From the NCBI GenBank assembly GCA_964648855.1, contig CAZYLT010000001.1, positions 342,299-406,298 on the forward strand: 64,000 nt of DNA, read 5' to 3'. The notes under the pieces were generated by a model, which saw only the letters and a program-made list of their open reading frames with translations, had not been told where the DNA came from and did no database searches. The DNA is from an uncultured archaeon. GTDB taxonomy: Archaea; Asgardarchaeota; Thorarchaeia; Thorarchaeales; Thorarchaeaceae. Numbering within the stretch: position 1 is the first letter of the stretch; each line of letters starts with the position of its first letter. The position numbers and the translations under genes are program-made. This document shows, one piece after another, positions 18,865 to 27,710 of this stretch.

Positions 18865-19989
18865 TTAGTAGTTAAAATCTATCATGAATTCAGATGAGAT
18901 TCTCCATGACTTTGATTTCTCGTCAAATGTTTCAGGCCATATTCCATAGACCTCAGTGTTCTCATAGTCAACCATAGAAACCATAAGGTCGGAGCTATTG
19001 CCATGAACGTACTCTAATACACGCGACATGTGAGAAGGTGGCAATCTCAGGTACCAGAACAAGAATTCATCCGCAATTTTCAGTGTTGACCTGAAGGGAA
19101 TAGGATTGGAAAGCATCTTCGCCTGTAGCTCCAAAGCAAATCTCTGTTCCACATTAGCGGTAAGAATCACATTGCTATAGAGATCAAATGCCTCTGGGTC
19201 TATGAAGACATGATATCCTTGTATGAAGTGATCCTGCAATAACTTTAGTCGACGAGAGAATTCCTGTGATGAGAATTCTATACCTCTTTTGGATAATTTG
19301 TCAATTATCGCCTTCTGCTTTCTTCGAGCTCCATGAACCAGGTCGCTGAGAATATACATATCGTTCTTGGAAAGCAAGTCCAGCCTTGGAACGCTTTGCC
19401 TAGGTTTCTTCACAGACGGAATCTCGATTGTGGATTCAATCCAAGAAGACCAATCAAAACCCCATGTGAAAGAATTGTTGTCCCAATGTTCTAATCGGGC
19501 TATACTAAAGATTGGCGCCGTGTTGGTAGTTGGCAGTATCCAAAAACTATCTAGGTGATTCTCATCGACCTTTGACTCAAGCAGAGTCCTTAGCTGATTC
19601 TGAGAGCCAAGCGGAATACGGAATTGTGCGAATAGTCCCGGAAAACCTCCATAGGATCGTGCACGATATTTCGTGTAGGGATGTGCATCACAGAGCTGCT
19701 CCAAATTCCTAATGGAATCGTAATTATCCGTCTTGAGGAATACCTCAACTGTATAGAGTGCTAAAGCTGCTTCATCAAATTCTGGCACAACTCTGAAGAA
19801 CTTCTTTGGAGAGTCATTTGATTTACCATCCAGCCACTTCAGGTATTTGGACACGGTCGAGCGAGAGAAATCTACTCGGTGAGACAAGTCCTTGGTTGTC
19901 TCTAATGGTCCTTCCTGTAGTGCCAGCAGCAGGCTCAAATGCTTACCTGTCAGTCTGAATGTCTCCAATAAATTACCCTCTGAAATCAA
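18865..19989 (-). CDS. Hypothetical protein with an N-terminal winged-helix DNA-binding domain and a possible second wH around residue 215
   Basis: LTGKHLSLLLALQEGPLETTKDLSHRVDFSRSTVSKYLKWL is HTH-like. The second helix-rich segment is MYILSDLVHGARRKQKAIIDKLSKRGIEFSSQEFSRRLKLL. No enzymatic motif. TTG start. Confidence 0.5.
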   Translation of the reverse strand: MISEGNLLETFRLTGKHLSLLLALQEGPLETTKDLSHRVDFSRSTVSKYLKWLDGKSNDSPKKFFRVVPEFDEAALALYTVEVFLKTDNYDSIRNLEQLCDAHPYTKYRARSYGGFPGLFAQFRIPLGSQNQLRTLLESKVDENHLDSFWILPTTNTAPIFSIARLEHWDNNSFTWGFDWSSWIESTIEIPSVKKPRQSVPRLDLLSKNDMYILSDLVHGARRKQKAIIDKLSKRGIEFSSQEFSRRLKLLQDHFIQGYHVFIDPEAFDLYSNVILTANVEQRFALELQAKMLSNPIPFRSTLKIADEFLFWYLRLPPSHMSRVLEYVHGNSSDLMVSMVDYENTEVYGIWPETFDEKSKSWRISSEFMIDFNY

Positions 19990-20012
19990 GATTCTCAGTT
20001 TGTGATTTCACA

Positions 20013-20483
20013 TTATAGCACAGTGACCGTGATATGCGGGTCGCCTGCTCCAGAACCGGTTGGTGGGTCGAAGTCATAGCTGTCTGTTGTATACCCATAG
20101 ACCGATCCGCCAAAAGCTAACGCATCAATCAAGACATTATACCAACCAGACTCCCACGCAGAATCAAACCAAGTCAGACGAATTCTGATTGAATCGAATT
20201 TGCCCACGAGTGTAACCATAGCCAATAACTCAGCGCCAGATGGCAGAGTAAGTGTGAAATAGAAGTCGGTCTTCTGTGGGCTCTTGTAGCCTTCAGTGAC
20301 TTCACAGAGATATTCTATTATTATGTCATCTTCTTGACCGTCGGCGTCAACATCGGCGTAGTATGCATTCTCTATAGTGACTTGGAATCTGGAACTGACA
20401 GCTGAAACCCCTTGAACCATTGATAGAAAAATCAATGGTAGCAATGCTAGTGCTAAGAGTCTTGCTTTGTTTCCATATTTCAT
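20013..20483 (-). CDS. Small secreted or exported protein of unknown function
   Basis: N-terminal signal peptide MKYGNKARLLALALLPLIFLSMVQGVSAVSS followed by a beta-rich ~125-aa domain. Directly downstream of the subtilase gene. Confidence 0.5.
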   Translation of the reverse strand: MKYGNKARLLALALLPLIFLSMVQGVSAVSSRFQVTIENAYYADVDADGQEDDIIIEYLCEVTEGYKSPQKTDFYFTLTLPSGAELLAMVTLVGKFDSIRIRLTWFDSAWESGWYNVLIDALAFGGSVYGYTTDSYDFDPPTGSGAGDPHITVTVL

Positions 20484-20559
20484 AGTTTGGGAAAATGTAA
20501 AGCGTCTTATATATGTCTTCGGAAATTAAAAAAAGAAGGGGGATGAGGGAGTTCCCTCA

Positions 20560-22563
20560 TCAAATTGTAAATGTTTCTGATGTTTCGACGTTGGCCGTGG
20601 CGTCGTAGGTATAACTACTATGAGCTACATTCGTGACGGTCACTGTATATGTGCCCTGGGGAGATCTCCCTAGGTCAAAAATGGCCACACCATTTGTTCC
20701 GGTGGTTGCAGTATAGGTACTGATGCTTCCGTCAGGATATTCCAAGTCTATGGTAACTTCCGCACCACTCACTGCATTTCCATTTGAGTCAACAACTGTA
20801 ATTTCAATTGTCAACCAAGCATGTGGACCTCGATAGGTCGCAGAGTACGAAATATCTGCAACATGCATGCTTCCGTCACTGCTTCCGCCATCATTACTTA
20901 CCGTAACTCCTACGCTATCTGAAGCAGTCTGACTGGCTGTGTCAGTGACTCGAGCGTTAATGGTATGGTCACCATCTGCTACACCTGTTGTGTCCCAGTC
21001 ATAGTAGTAATAACCATCCGAATCGACATTGTTAGTTATGTCAATCCAGTTCCCACCATCGATGTTCACTTCAACCGTGGAAACACCATTGTCGTCGCTG
21101 GCTGATACCTTGATCCTGTACGTACCACTCACTGTCTCTCCTTCTGTTGGAGCGTGAATTGATGCAGTTGGTGGGTTGTCAGTGGGTTCAGTTCCGCCAC
21201 CAGTAACATAGTCCAAGGCGTCCTTTGCTTGTGCTATGCCCCAGCCGTATGTGTTGTCTTCTCCTTCCTCACCCATATCCATGGCTGTTGTCTTAAGTAC
21301 CTCTTTGACATTGAAGGAAGTTAGACCAGAGTCGGCTTGTCGAAGTAGTGCGCCAATTCCGGCGGCCATGGGCGTAGCCATAGAGGTTCCGCTGTAAGTA
21401 ACATATCCGCTTCCACTATTGGCCTCGGCTGCAGTTATGGATGAACCGGCAGCACAAATTTCGGGTTTTATTCTTCCATCACCAGTCGGACCCTCATTGC
21501 TGAAGCTTGAGTGGGTTCCGTCATCATTGACAGATCCTACTGTAATTGCGTAGCGTGATGCCGATGGACATCCTATGGTGTTATACCCATACAGACGTTC
21601 AGGGTGACCGTGATTGCCTGCAGCAACAAAGAGAGCAATGTCGTTCTCCATTATGGAGTCTGCCATCAAACAAATCTCACCTGTACCATCGGATGAACTA
21701 GATGGGTTGGTTGATAGACTCATTGAGGCGATATTGATGTTGTAGGTTGTCCGGTAATCAATAATCCACTGCATGCCAGCAAGAACACCTTCAAGGGTTC
21801 CACCGCCGCCAGAGTCAAGGACCTTAACTCCGACTAGCTGAGCAGCATATGCAACTCCGCGATATCTGGAATCACCCTCTCCAGTCCCAGCAGCGATGCT
21901 TGAACAATGGGTTCCATGTCCATTATCATCGTATGCTACAACAGGAGTTGATAAGTCATCTTGACCGTTCACTACATCCTTGAAGGCGACGACTTTGTAG
22001 GTGTTGTATGGATCATCGTCATCCAGGTCAACATGGGTATTGTCGATTCCCGTGTCTAGGACAGCGATAACCATTCCTTCTCCGCGATAATCGTAGGATT
22101 GATATGCTTCAGGAACCTGCACAATGGGCAGTCCGCTATCAAGTGTTGCCTGTACCTCAATATTTGCATCAGATATTCTGATGACATCTTGTGAAGCACT
22201 GAGGTATTTCATGTTTCGTCGTGGGATATCTATCGATAGAGCCCCGATTGCGTCGTACCTGTATCTGACTTTTGCATCCAGCATGGGGAGCATATCTTCC
22301 AAGCTTGGAGAGGCAGTCACAATTACAGATACGCGTTCGTTTTGTTTCAGCTCTGCTAATTTTGGCTCAAATTCATCAACAATCTTGTTACCGTTCTGGT
22401 CCCAGCTATGGGTTACAATAGTGGTGCCCTTAGGTTGGGCTATAACTAGACCGGCAATCGCCACTGTCAAGAATAAGAACGCAAAGGAGCAAGCTAGATA
22501 CTTGTATCCGCGTTTTTTCAAATCTCTCACATCCAGAGGCCTTTCAAAATAGGCCTCAGGCAT
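20560..22563 (-). CDS. Secreted subtilisin-like serine protease (peptidase S8) with C-terminal Ig-like/beta-sandwich domains
   Basis: Catalytic triad motifs VIAVLDTGID (Asp), HGTHCSSIAAG (His) and GTSMATPMAAG (Ser). N-terminal signal/TM segment. The C-terminal ~230 aa are Thr/Ser/Gly-rich repeated beta strands. Track start GTG at 22584; ATG at 22563. Confidence 0.85.
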   Translation of the reverse strand: MPEAYFERPLDVRDLKKRGYKYLACSFAFLFLTVAIAGLVIAQPKGTTIVTHSWDQNGNKIVDEFEPKLAELKQNERVSVIVTASPSLEDMLPMLDAKVRYRYDAIGALSIDIPRRNMKYLSASQDVIRISDANIEVQATLDSGLPIVQVPEAYQSYDYRGEGMVIAVLDTGIDNTHVDLDDDDPYNTYKVVAFKDVVNGQDDLSTPVVAYDDNGHGTHCSSIAAGTGEGDSRYRGVAYAAQLVGVKVLDSGGGGTLEGVLAGMQWIIDYRTTYNINIASMSLSTNPSSSSDGTGEICLMADSIMENDIALFVAAGNHGHPERLYGYNTIGCPSASRYAITVGSVNDDGTHSSFSNEGPTGDGRIKPEICAAGSSITAAEANSGSGYVTYSGTSMATPMAAGIGALLRQADSGLTSFNVKEVLKTTAMDMGEEGEDNTYGWGIAQAKDALDYVTGGGTEPTDNPPTASIHAPTEGETVSGTYRIKVSASDDNGVSTVEVNIDGGNWIDITNNVDSDGYYYYDWDTTGVADGDHTINARVTDTASQTASDSVGVTVSNDGGSSDGSMHVADISYSATYRGPHAWLTIEITVVDSNGNAVSGAEVTIDLEYPDGSISTYTATTGTNGVAIFDLGRSPQGTYTVTVTNVAHSSYTYDATANVETSETFTI

Positions 22564-22708
22564 AGTGTTTGGGAAAATGTACACTAGCTTATAAGTATAT
22601 CTAGAAATTTCCCGCTTTGACTGTCATGGACGAAAATGCTAGACGGAATAACACATCACCTTCGTACTGGTCGAACATAACATCAAAATCACAGAAACTC
22701 ACATCTAC

Positions 22709-23299
22709 TCAGGTAGGCAGATGCAGAGCACCCACATCAGACGCGGATTGAATCCAAAAACAGACTCGAACAAGTACTTCCTCAAGAAAGCGAGGCCGGT
22801 CACTTGGCTTGGCATCCTTCGGCCACCGATTACGTCTGTACTCGTCGAACTTCTGGAATGTTCGCCCGTATTTGGTGGTCATCGGTATCTCGACGTAGCG
22901 ATCACATACTGTCGTGAGGGCACGGATAAGAGGCGCATATTCAAACTTGATCCGTAATAACCACTTCGTGATGGCACGGAAGAATGCGCGGTCATCGGTG
23001 CCTTCCCACGGAATATCCATCATCCCTTCGCGATCTTCACCACGAACCCTCTGGCTGTTGAAGTCGCAGTCGCTGCTGTGAGTGCAACGAGCTCTCACAA
23101 ACACCTTTTTGTCGGTAAACCACAGAACTACTCTATGGTCCCCCTTTTTCTGAAGAAGCTCTTTATGGTCGCCGGCAGGAAAGATCAACTCTATCGTTCC
23201 CGGGTCTTTGAATTTGAAATCCTTCTTGAAGTATAATTGCATGGCCCAGGTGATAGGAGGGATAGTATTTACTGGATAGAGCTCGCTTCGGTCAGTCAT
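22709..23299 (-). CDS. Hypothetical protein (196 aa), co-oriented and immediately downstream of the Rab-like GTPase
   Basis: ATG start, no recognisable motifs. Cys/His-containing segment RARCTHSSDCDFNSQ. 110-bp spacer to the GTPase gene. Confidence 0.5.
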   Translation of the reverse strand: MTDRSELYPVNTIPPITWAMQLYFKKDFKFKDPGTIELIFPAGDHKELLQKKGDHRVVLWFTDKKVFVRARCTHSSDCDFNSQRVRGEDREGMMDIPWEGTDDRAFFRAITKWLLRIKFEYAPLIRALTTVCDRYVEIPMTTKYGRTFQKFDEYRRNRWPKDAKPSDRPRFLEEVLVRVCFWIQSASDVGALHLPT

Positions 23300-23408
23300 G
23301 TCTACTCAGCTGGCTGTTTCTTAATGGATAATAGGATAGAATCCAGTGGTCTTGCTAATCTAAGTCTTGTCCTCCATGAATTGGACCATGAGATAGAACA
23401 CAGCGAAA

Positions 23409-23951
23409 TTATTCGCTTGAGCGTCTAGTACTAACGAGTGTCTTTCCAAGATTCTCGAAGATGTCAACGATACCCTCGCCCGTCTTTGCAGATGACTCCA
23501 CGTAGGGCATGCCGTGTGCATCAGCGAATTCCCTGCCCTCCTTTGGCTCAACCACACGGTCAGGCAAGTCCGTCTTGTTTGCAACTAGCACCAAGGGAAT
23601 CTTTTTCTTAATCGCCTTTTCCAATTCATTGAGCCACTCATCAAGCAGAAGGAATGTTCGGCGTCGGGTGACATCGAATACGAGCACGCCGCCGCTTGAA
23701 CCTCTATAGTACATTGGTCTCAAAATCTGAAAGCGGCTCTGCCCCGCCACGTCCCAGATTTGCAGCTTCACAGTCAGGTTTTCACGGCTCTCACGTATAT
23801 CGATATTCTTGACAGCGAACTGAGAGCCTATCGTTGTCTTGTAATCGGTACGGAAGAAGCCATGAGAGAAGCGAGTGACGATTGCAGTTTTTCCTACTGC
23901 ACCCTCTCCGAGAATGACCACTTTAAACAGGTAATCGTACGTACTGCTCAT
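23409..23951 (-). CDS. Small GTPase of the Ras superfamily (Rab/Arf-like, eukaryote-type)
   Basis: G1 GEGAVGKT, G2 YKTTIGSQF (switch I Thr), G3 WDVAGQSRF (DxxGQ), G4 VANKTDL (NKxD) and G5 ESSAKTGEG (SAK). ~180 aa from the ATG at 23951. Confidence 0.85.
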   Translation of the reverse strand: MSSTYDYLFKVVILGEGAVGKTAIVTRFSHGFFRTDYKTTIGSQFAVKNIDIRESRENLTVKLQIWDVAGQSRFQILRPMYYRGSSGGVLVFDVTRRRTFLLLDEWLNELEKAIKKKIPLVLVANKTDLPDRVVEPKEGREFADAHGMPYVESSAKTGEGIVDIFENLGKTLVSTRRSSE

Positions 23952-23996
23952 CAGATTCAATTCCGACTCTTGTTTTGAGTGAAACGGTTGGGCTCA

Positions 23997-24012
23997 ACCT
24001 AACGCGTTAGGT
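23997..24012. promoter_or_regulatory. Perfect 16-bp palindrome ACCTAACGCGTTAGGT upstream of the GTPase gene
   Basis: Seen directly in sequence. It lies in the 113-bp spacer between the hydrolase stop and the GTPase start, about 45 nt upstream of ATG 23951. Confidence 0.25.
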
Positions 24013-24073
24013 GCGCAGGCATCTAATAAGGTTTCGTTAGACCTAGAACTCTGCTATTGTATTAGCGATCCCA

Positions 24074-24916
24074 CTACTTCTTTTTCTCAAGAATTACCTC
24101 TGTGTCTTTCAGTCGTTGGCGGTCGAGGTCACCCTGAGCCCACTTCATAAATTTCTTGAGTAACCGATTGAAATTTTCTGGCTGCTGAACCATGGGGGAA
24201 TGGTCGGCATTTCTTATGACTGCGATATCAGCTCGGGGAAGGGATTTCTCGAGCTCCCAAGCAACATTTGGGGGGATAATGTCATCATCATCTCCAACAA
24301 TGACCAAGGCAGGCATTTTGATTTCATCAAGTCTGTCAGAGATATTGAAGTCATCACAAACGTCCAAATCGCGGAAAATGCTCTTGGCGTTGAATTTTGT
24401 CACCGTCTCTTGAAACTTGTTGAGAGAAAAAGTCTTGAAGTCTACATCGAGCGCTTCGGTTTCATAGGGTGGACTGTGGTCTTCAAATGCTTCAATGATG
24501 AGGCCTTTCACCAGTTTTCGAAGATTTAGGTCGGAAGAGGTGCCCACTAACACAATGGCATACGGAAGAGACACATCATGGCGTAGACAATATGCCATGA
24601 CAATACCTCCACCCATTGAGTGTCCAATAAGGGCGAAGTCATCTATCTCAAGGTGGTCTATCAGGGCGGCGACCTGGTCGGTGAATCCGTTTTCTATGGA
24701 GGGAGGCTTTGCAAACCTGTCACTCAGCCCATGACCGGACATGTCCAAGGCAATCACACGGTAGTCTTCCTTGAGTTTCAGTAACTGCAAGCTCCAAATC
24801 AGATGAGAAGAGCCAGCTCCATGTATGAAGATCAAGACGGGAGTATCCTTCTGTTCATGCCGATCATCAAAATCGACATAATGGAGTCTGCAACCTCGGA
24901 ACTCAAAATATGGCAT
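24074..24916 (-). CDS. Alpha/beta-fold hydrolase (esterase/lipase/peroxidase-like)
   Basis: Nucleophile elbow GHSMGGG, HGAGSS oxyanion region, and C-terminal Asp/His (NADHSPM). 280 aa. Confidence 0.75.
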   Translation of the reverse strand: MPYFEFRGCRLHYVDFDDRHEQKDTPVLIFIHGAGSSHLIWSLQLLKLKEDYRVIALDMSGHGLSDRFAKPPSIENGFTDQVAALIDHLEIDDFALIGHSMGGGIVMAYCLRHDVSLPYAIVLVGTSSDLNLRKLVKGLIIEAFEDHSPPYETEALDVDFKTFSLNKFQETVTKFNAKSIFRDLDVCDDFNISDRLDEIKMPALVIVGDDDDIIPPNVAWELEKSLPRADIAVIRNADHSPMVQQPENFNRLLKKFMKWAQGDLDRQRLKDTEVILEKKK

Positions 24917-25042
24917 GTGATGACCTCGTGTCTTTTCCCATAGAATACGAGCACTGCATATATTCGTTCTCTGGATAGTTGGCTGGGCTCATCGTCAGTT
25001 ACCTTTTTCTTTCAGTGGCGAGATGAAGGGCATGTGAAAAGA

Positions 25043-26422
25043 ATGGCAGAAAAATTGTTTGGAACAACGGGTATACGGAAAATATACGGCTCCGAATTCA
25101 CCCTAGATATGGCAATGAAGTTGGGGAGAGCACTAGGCACATATCTCCAAACAGGAAGAATACTCATTGCAAGGGACACCCGAACAACAGGGAAAATGGT
25201 TGTCGATGCATTCGTATCAGGGGTACTCTCAACGGGCATCGATGTGACCCGGCTGGGTATAGTTCCAACACCGACATTGGCATACCTGACCAGAAAAAGG
25301 GTATTTGATGCGGGCGTGATGGTAACCGCGTCCCATAACCCCCCAGAATATACAGGCATAAAATTTTGGCATAAGGATAGCATGGGATACACTTCAGAGA
25401 TGGAGAGAGAAATCGAGAGGCTCTACCAATCACAAGAATTTCAGGTAGCACCGTGGAACGAGCTGGGTCAAGAAGCTGTCTTGGAGGATGCAGTAGAGGA
25501 ACATATCTCTGACATCATCGACCACTGTGATAGTGAAGCCATCAGTCGCCAAGAGTTCAAGGTCATTGTCGATCCCGGAAATGGAGCAGCATGTGTCTTG
25601 ACTCCGTATCTTATGCGGAAACTAGGTTGTAAGGTTATCACAATCAATGGGCAGCCAGATGGGCATTTTCCTGGAAGAAGGTCTGAACCAGAAGAGGAAA
25701 CTCTACAAGACCTCATTCATATGGTGAAAAAGCAGGGAGCGGATCTGGGAATCGCTCATGATGGAGATTCCGATCGAGGAGTATTTGTGACTGAAACAGG
25801 AGAAGTCGTAAGAGGAGACAGAACCATTGCCCTACTTGCAAAGACACTCTTGAAGAATGCCAAAACGGGCGTAGTTGTAACCACAGTGGATAGTTCAAAG
25901 GTTCTCGACGAAACGGTTCAGAGGGCTGGCGGGGATATTGTTCGGACACCAGTTGGCGACATCCAGGTTGCAGTCAAGCTAAAGGAGCTTGAAGGTATTA
26001 TGGGAGGAGAAGCCTGTGGAGTGTTCATATTTCCTTCATTTCACATTGCACCAGAGCCTTTCCTGGCTGCTTGCAAGATACTGGAGATGATGGCTCACGT
26101 CGGAAAAAGCTTTGGCGAGCTGGTTTCTGAGATTCCGGTATACCCGTTATTGAAAACAAAGCTTGAGGTGGCGAATAATAGGAAGGAACCGGTCATGAAG
26201 GAACTCTCAAAGATGTTACCAAAAAAGATAGATGGAATTCAAGATGTGATTACGGTAGATGGCATCGGATTAGTCCTAGATGATGGGTGGATTCTTGTAA
26301 GACCATCAGGAACGGAACCGGTCATAAGGATAACTTGCGAAGCATCAACTGACGACCGAGCTCACGAAGTACTGGACTCATGTAAGCGAGTTGTAAAGAA
26401 GACAATCTCTTCCCAGAAATAA
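25043..26422 (+). CDS. Phosphohexomutase family enzyme (archaeal phosphoglucosamine / phosphomannomutase / phosphoglucomutase)
   Basis: GTTGIRK N-terminus, active-site TASHNP, and the DGDSDR metal-binding loop. ~459 aa from the ATG at 25043; the track start is GTG. Confidence 0.8.
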   Translation: MAEKLFGTTGIRKIYGSEFTLDMAMKLGRALGTYLQTGRILIARDTRTTGKMVVDAFVSGVLSTGIDVTRLGIVPTPTLAYLTRKRVFDAGVMVTASHNPPEYTGIKFWHKDSMGYTSEMEREIERLYQSQEFQVAPWNELGQEAVLEDAVEEHISDIIDHCDSEAISRQEFKVIVDPGNGAACVLTPYLMRKLGCKVITINGQPDGHFPGRRSEPEEETLQDLIHMVKKQGADLGIAHDGDSDRGVFVTETGEVVRGDRTIALLAKTLLKNAKTGVVVTTVDSSKVLDETVQRAGGDIVRTPVGDIQVAVKLKELEGIMGGEACGVFIFPSFHIAPEPFLAACKILEMMAHVGKSFGELVSEIPVYPLLKTKLEVANNRKEPVMKELSKMLPKKIDGIQDVITVDGIGLVLDDGWILVRPSGTEPVIRITCEASTDDRAHEVLDSCKRVVKKTISSQK

Positions 26423-26505
26423 TAAGGGCAGAATAGCTTGGTCCTGTGCAAACAAGCTTTATAGCCCAAACGAAATAAACGGTACAAAGAACGGAGCCAA
26501 ATCCA

Positions 26506-26937
26506 ATGGCTGAAGACGATGACGATTTCATCATGGAGGAATTTGAATGGGCCCTAAAGGACCCAACAGAAGAAAAGCTACGTCAACTCGGTGAAGTAGT
26601 CAGCATCATAACAGGAAAAATTGTTGATGCCATAGGTCAACTTGAAAACCGTATTAGTTCGTTAGAAGAAAATGTCAGTAACATGAGTTCTCGCATATCA
26701 TCTCTAAGCTCGAGAGCGAGCAGTGCTAGTGCAGAACCCGCTGCGGAAGCAGTAGAATCCACACCCAGTCCACCAACATCGCCAAGCGTTGGTGGTGCCC
26801 CAGAACCAGCATCAGCCAGTGCAGGAGGCGGAGGGCCACCTGGAGGCGGAGGTGGTGGAATGACAATGATGGGGGAGCTCAAAGCATTGTTGGCGGCGAG
26901 AAGAAAGAAAGTAGAAGGCGGAGAAAAACAGGCTTAG
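26506..26937 (+). CDS. Small acidic coiled-coil protein with a Ser/Pro/Gly-rich linker and a C-terminal basic amphipathic helix (function unknown)
   Basis: 143 aa. The N-terminal ~75 aa form a heptad-like helix. Then SSRISSLSSRASSASAEPAAEAVESTPSPPTSPSVGGAPEPASASAGGGGPPGGGGGG, then MTMMGELKALLAARRKKVEGGEKQA. TATA-like TTTATAG lies ~45 nt upstream. Confidence 0.5.
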   Translation: MAEDDDDFIMEEFEWALKDPTEEKLRQLGEVVSIITGKIVDAIGQLENRISSLEENVSNMSSRISSLSSRASSASAEPAAEAVESTPSPPTSPSVGGAPEPASASAGGGGPPGGGGGGMTMMGELKALLAARRKKVEGGEKQA

Positions 26938-27596
26938 GTCAATAATTTACGACTGTTCTTTTTGTAGAAAGGGCCTGCGTGGCGGGGCATAGAAACAGTG
27001 AACGCCTCTGCGCGCGAACAAGCGCCTTGGACGCCTCTCAGTTTTGTTCGAGCATCATAGAAAGTCAAGTAGAAGCCTTCAGCTTTTGAAATCTGAGATT
27101 CGTGTTTCTTCAGTGCCAATAAGCTCTCATCGTAGGACGTGGTGATATCCACTATAAAGTGAGGATGTGAATGGAGAGTGTTGATTTCCATCTGTAGCAT
27201 GCGATCCACTCTATGAGGTTCTTCGAACATTGTCTTGTGCGATGCCCATTCGATAGATTCCATAACAAGCTCCGCACAGATTCTGTGGTTACGATTGTAG
27301 TCCTCGCTAGAGTGCGTGATTATGATATCGGGACGGGACTGGAGGATAACCTCAATTACTGAGTCGGAAAGACTTCTATCGATTTCAAAGTCCCCTCGAT
27401 TGGAAGGGTATATCTTTCTGACACCCAATATGTCACAAGCATTTGCAAGCTCCTCATTTCGTTTGTCATTTCCGGTTAAGCAAAGGACATCTACTGGAAT
27501 GTCCGCCTTGGTATGATTTCTGATTGTCCCTCCAGCACCAAGACATTCGTCATCGGGATGTGCGGTAATCACAAGAATAGAATCCAAATCTGCCAT
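26934..27596 (-). CDS. bshB: PIG-L / LmbE-family N-acetylglucosaminyl deacetylase (BshB/MshB-like)
   Basis: LVITAHPDDECLGAGG is the AHPDDE zinc-binding motif. ~220 aa from ATG ~27596. The track TTG at 27626 would overlap the divergent neighbour. Confidence 0.75.
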   Translation of the reverse strand: MADLDSILVITAHPDDECLGAGGTIRNHTKADIPVDVLCLTGNDKRNEELANACDILGVRKIYPSNRGDFEIDRSLSDSVIEVILQSRPDIIITHSSEDYNRNHRICAELVMESIEWASHKTMFEEPHRVDRMLQMEINTLHSHPHFIVDITTSYDESLLALKKHESQISKAEGFYLTFYDARTKLRGVQGACSRAEAFTVSMPRHAGPFYKKNSRKLLT

Positions 27597-27710
27597 ACAG
27601 GTTACTCGGAGATGGTCACTAATCAAGTTTTACCAATGCTTCAGGGGTATATTCCCGCACCAAGCACCTTAAAGGTAGGTAGTCTTGATACGATACAAGA
27701 GTTGACAAGG

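Noticed and set aside
23960-24074. Possible tRNA or ncRNA in the GTPase/hydrolase spacer
   Set aside because: The only structure is a 16-bp DNA palindrome. There is no cloverleaf, T-loop (GTTCRANYC) or D-loop pattern. No spacer I inspected had tRNA hallmarks, including 18554-18865, 38406-38852, 40644-41145, 48683-49025 and 51924-52482.
26506-26937. Reading the 143-aa protein as an ESCRT-III (Snf7) family member
   Set aside because: It is too short (~75 structured residues) for the four-helix Snf7 core. Only the C-terminal MIM-like resemblance is retained as a hypothesis.
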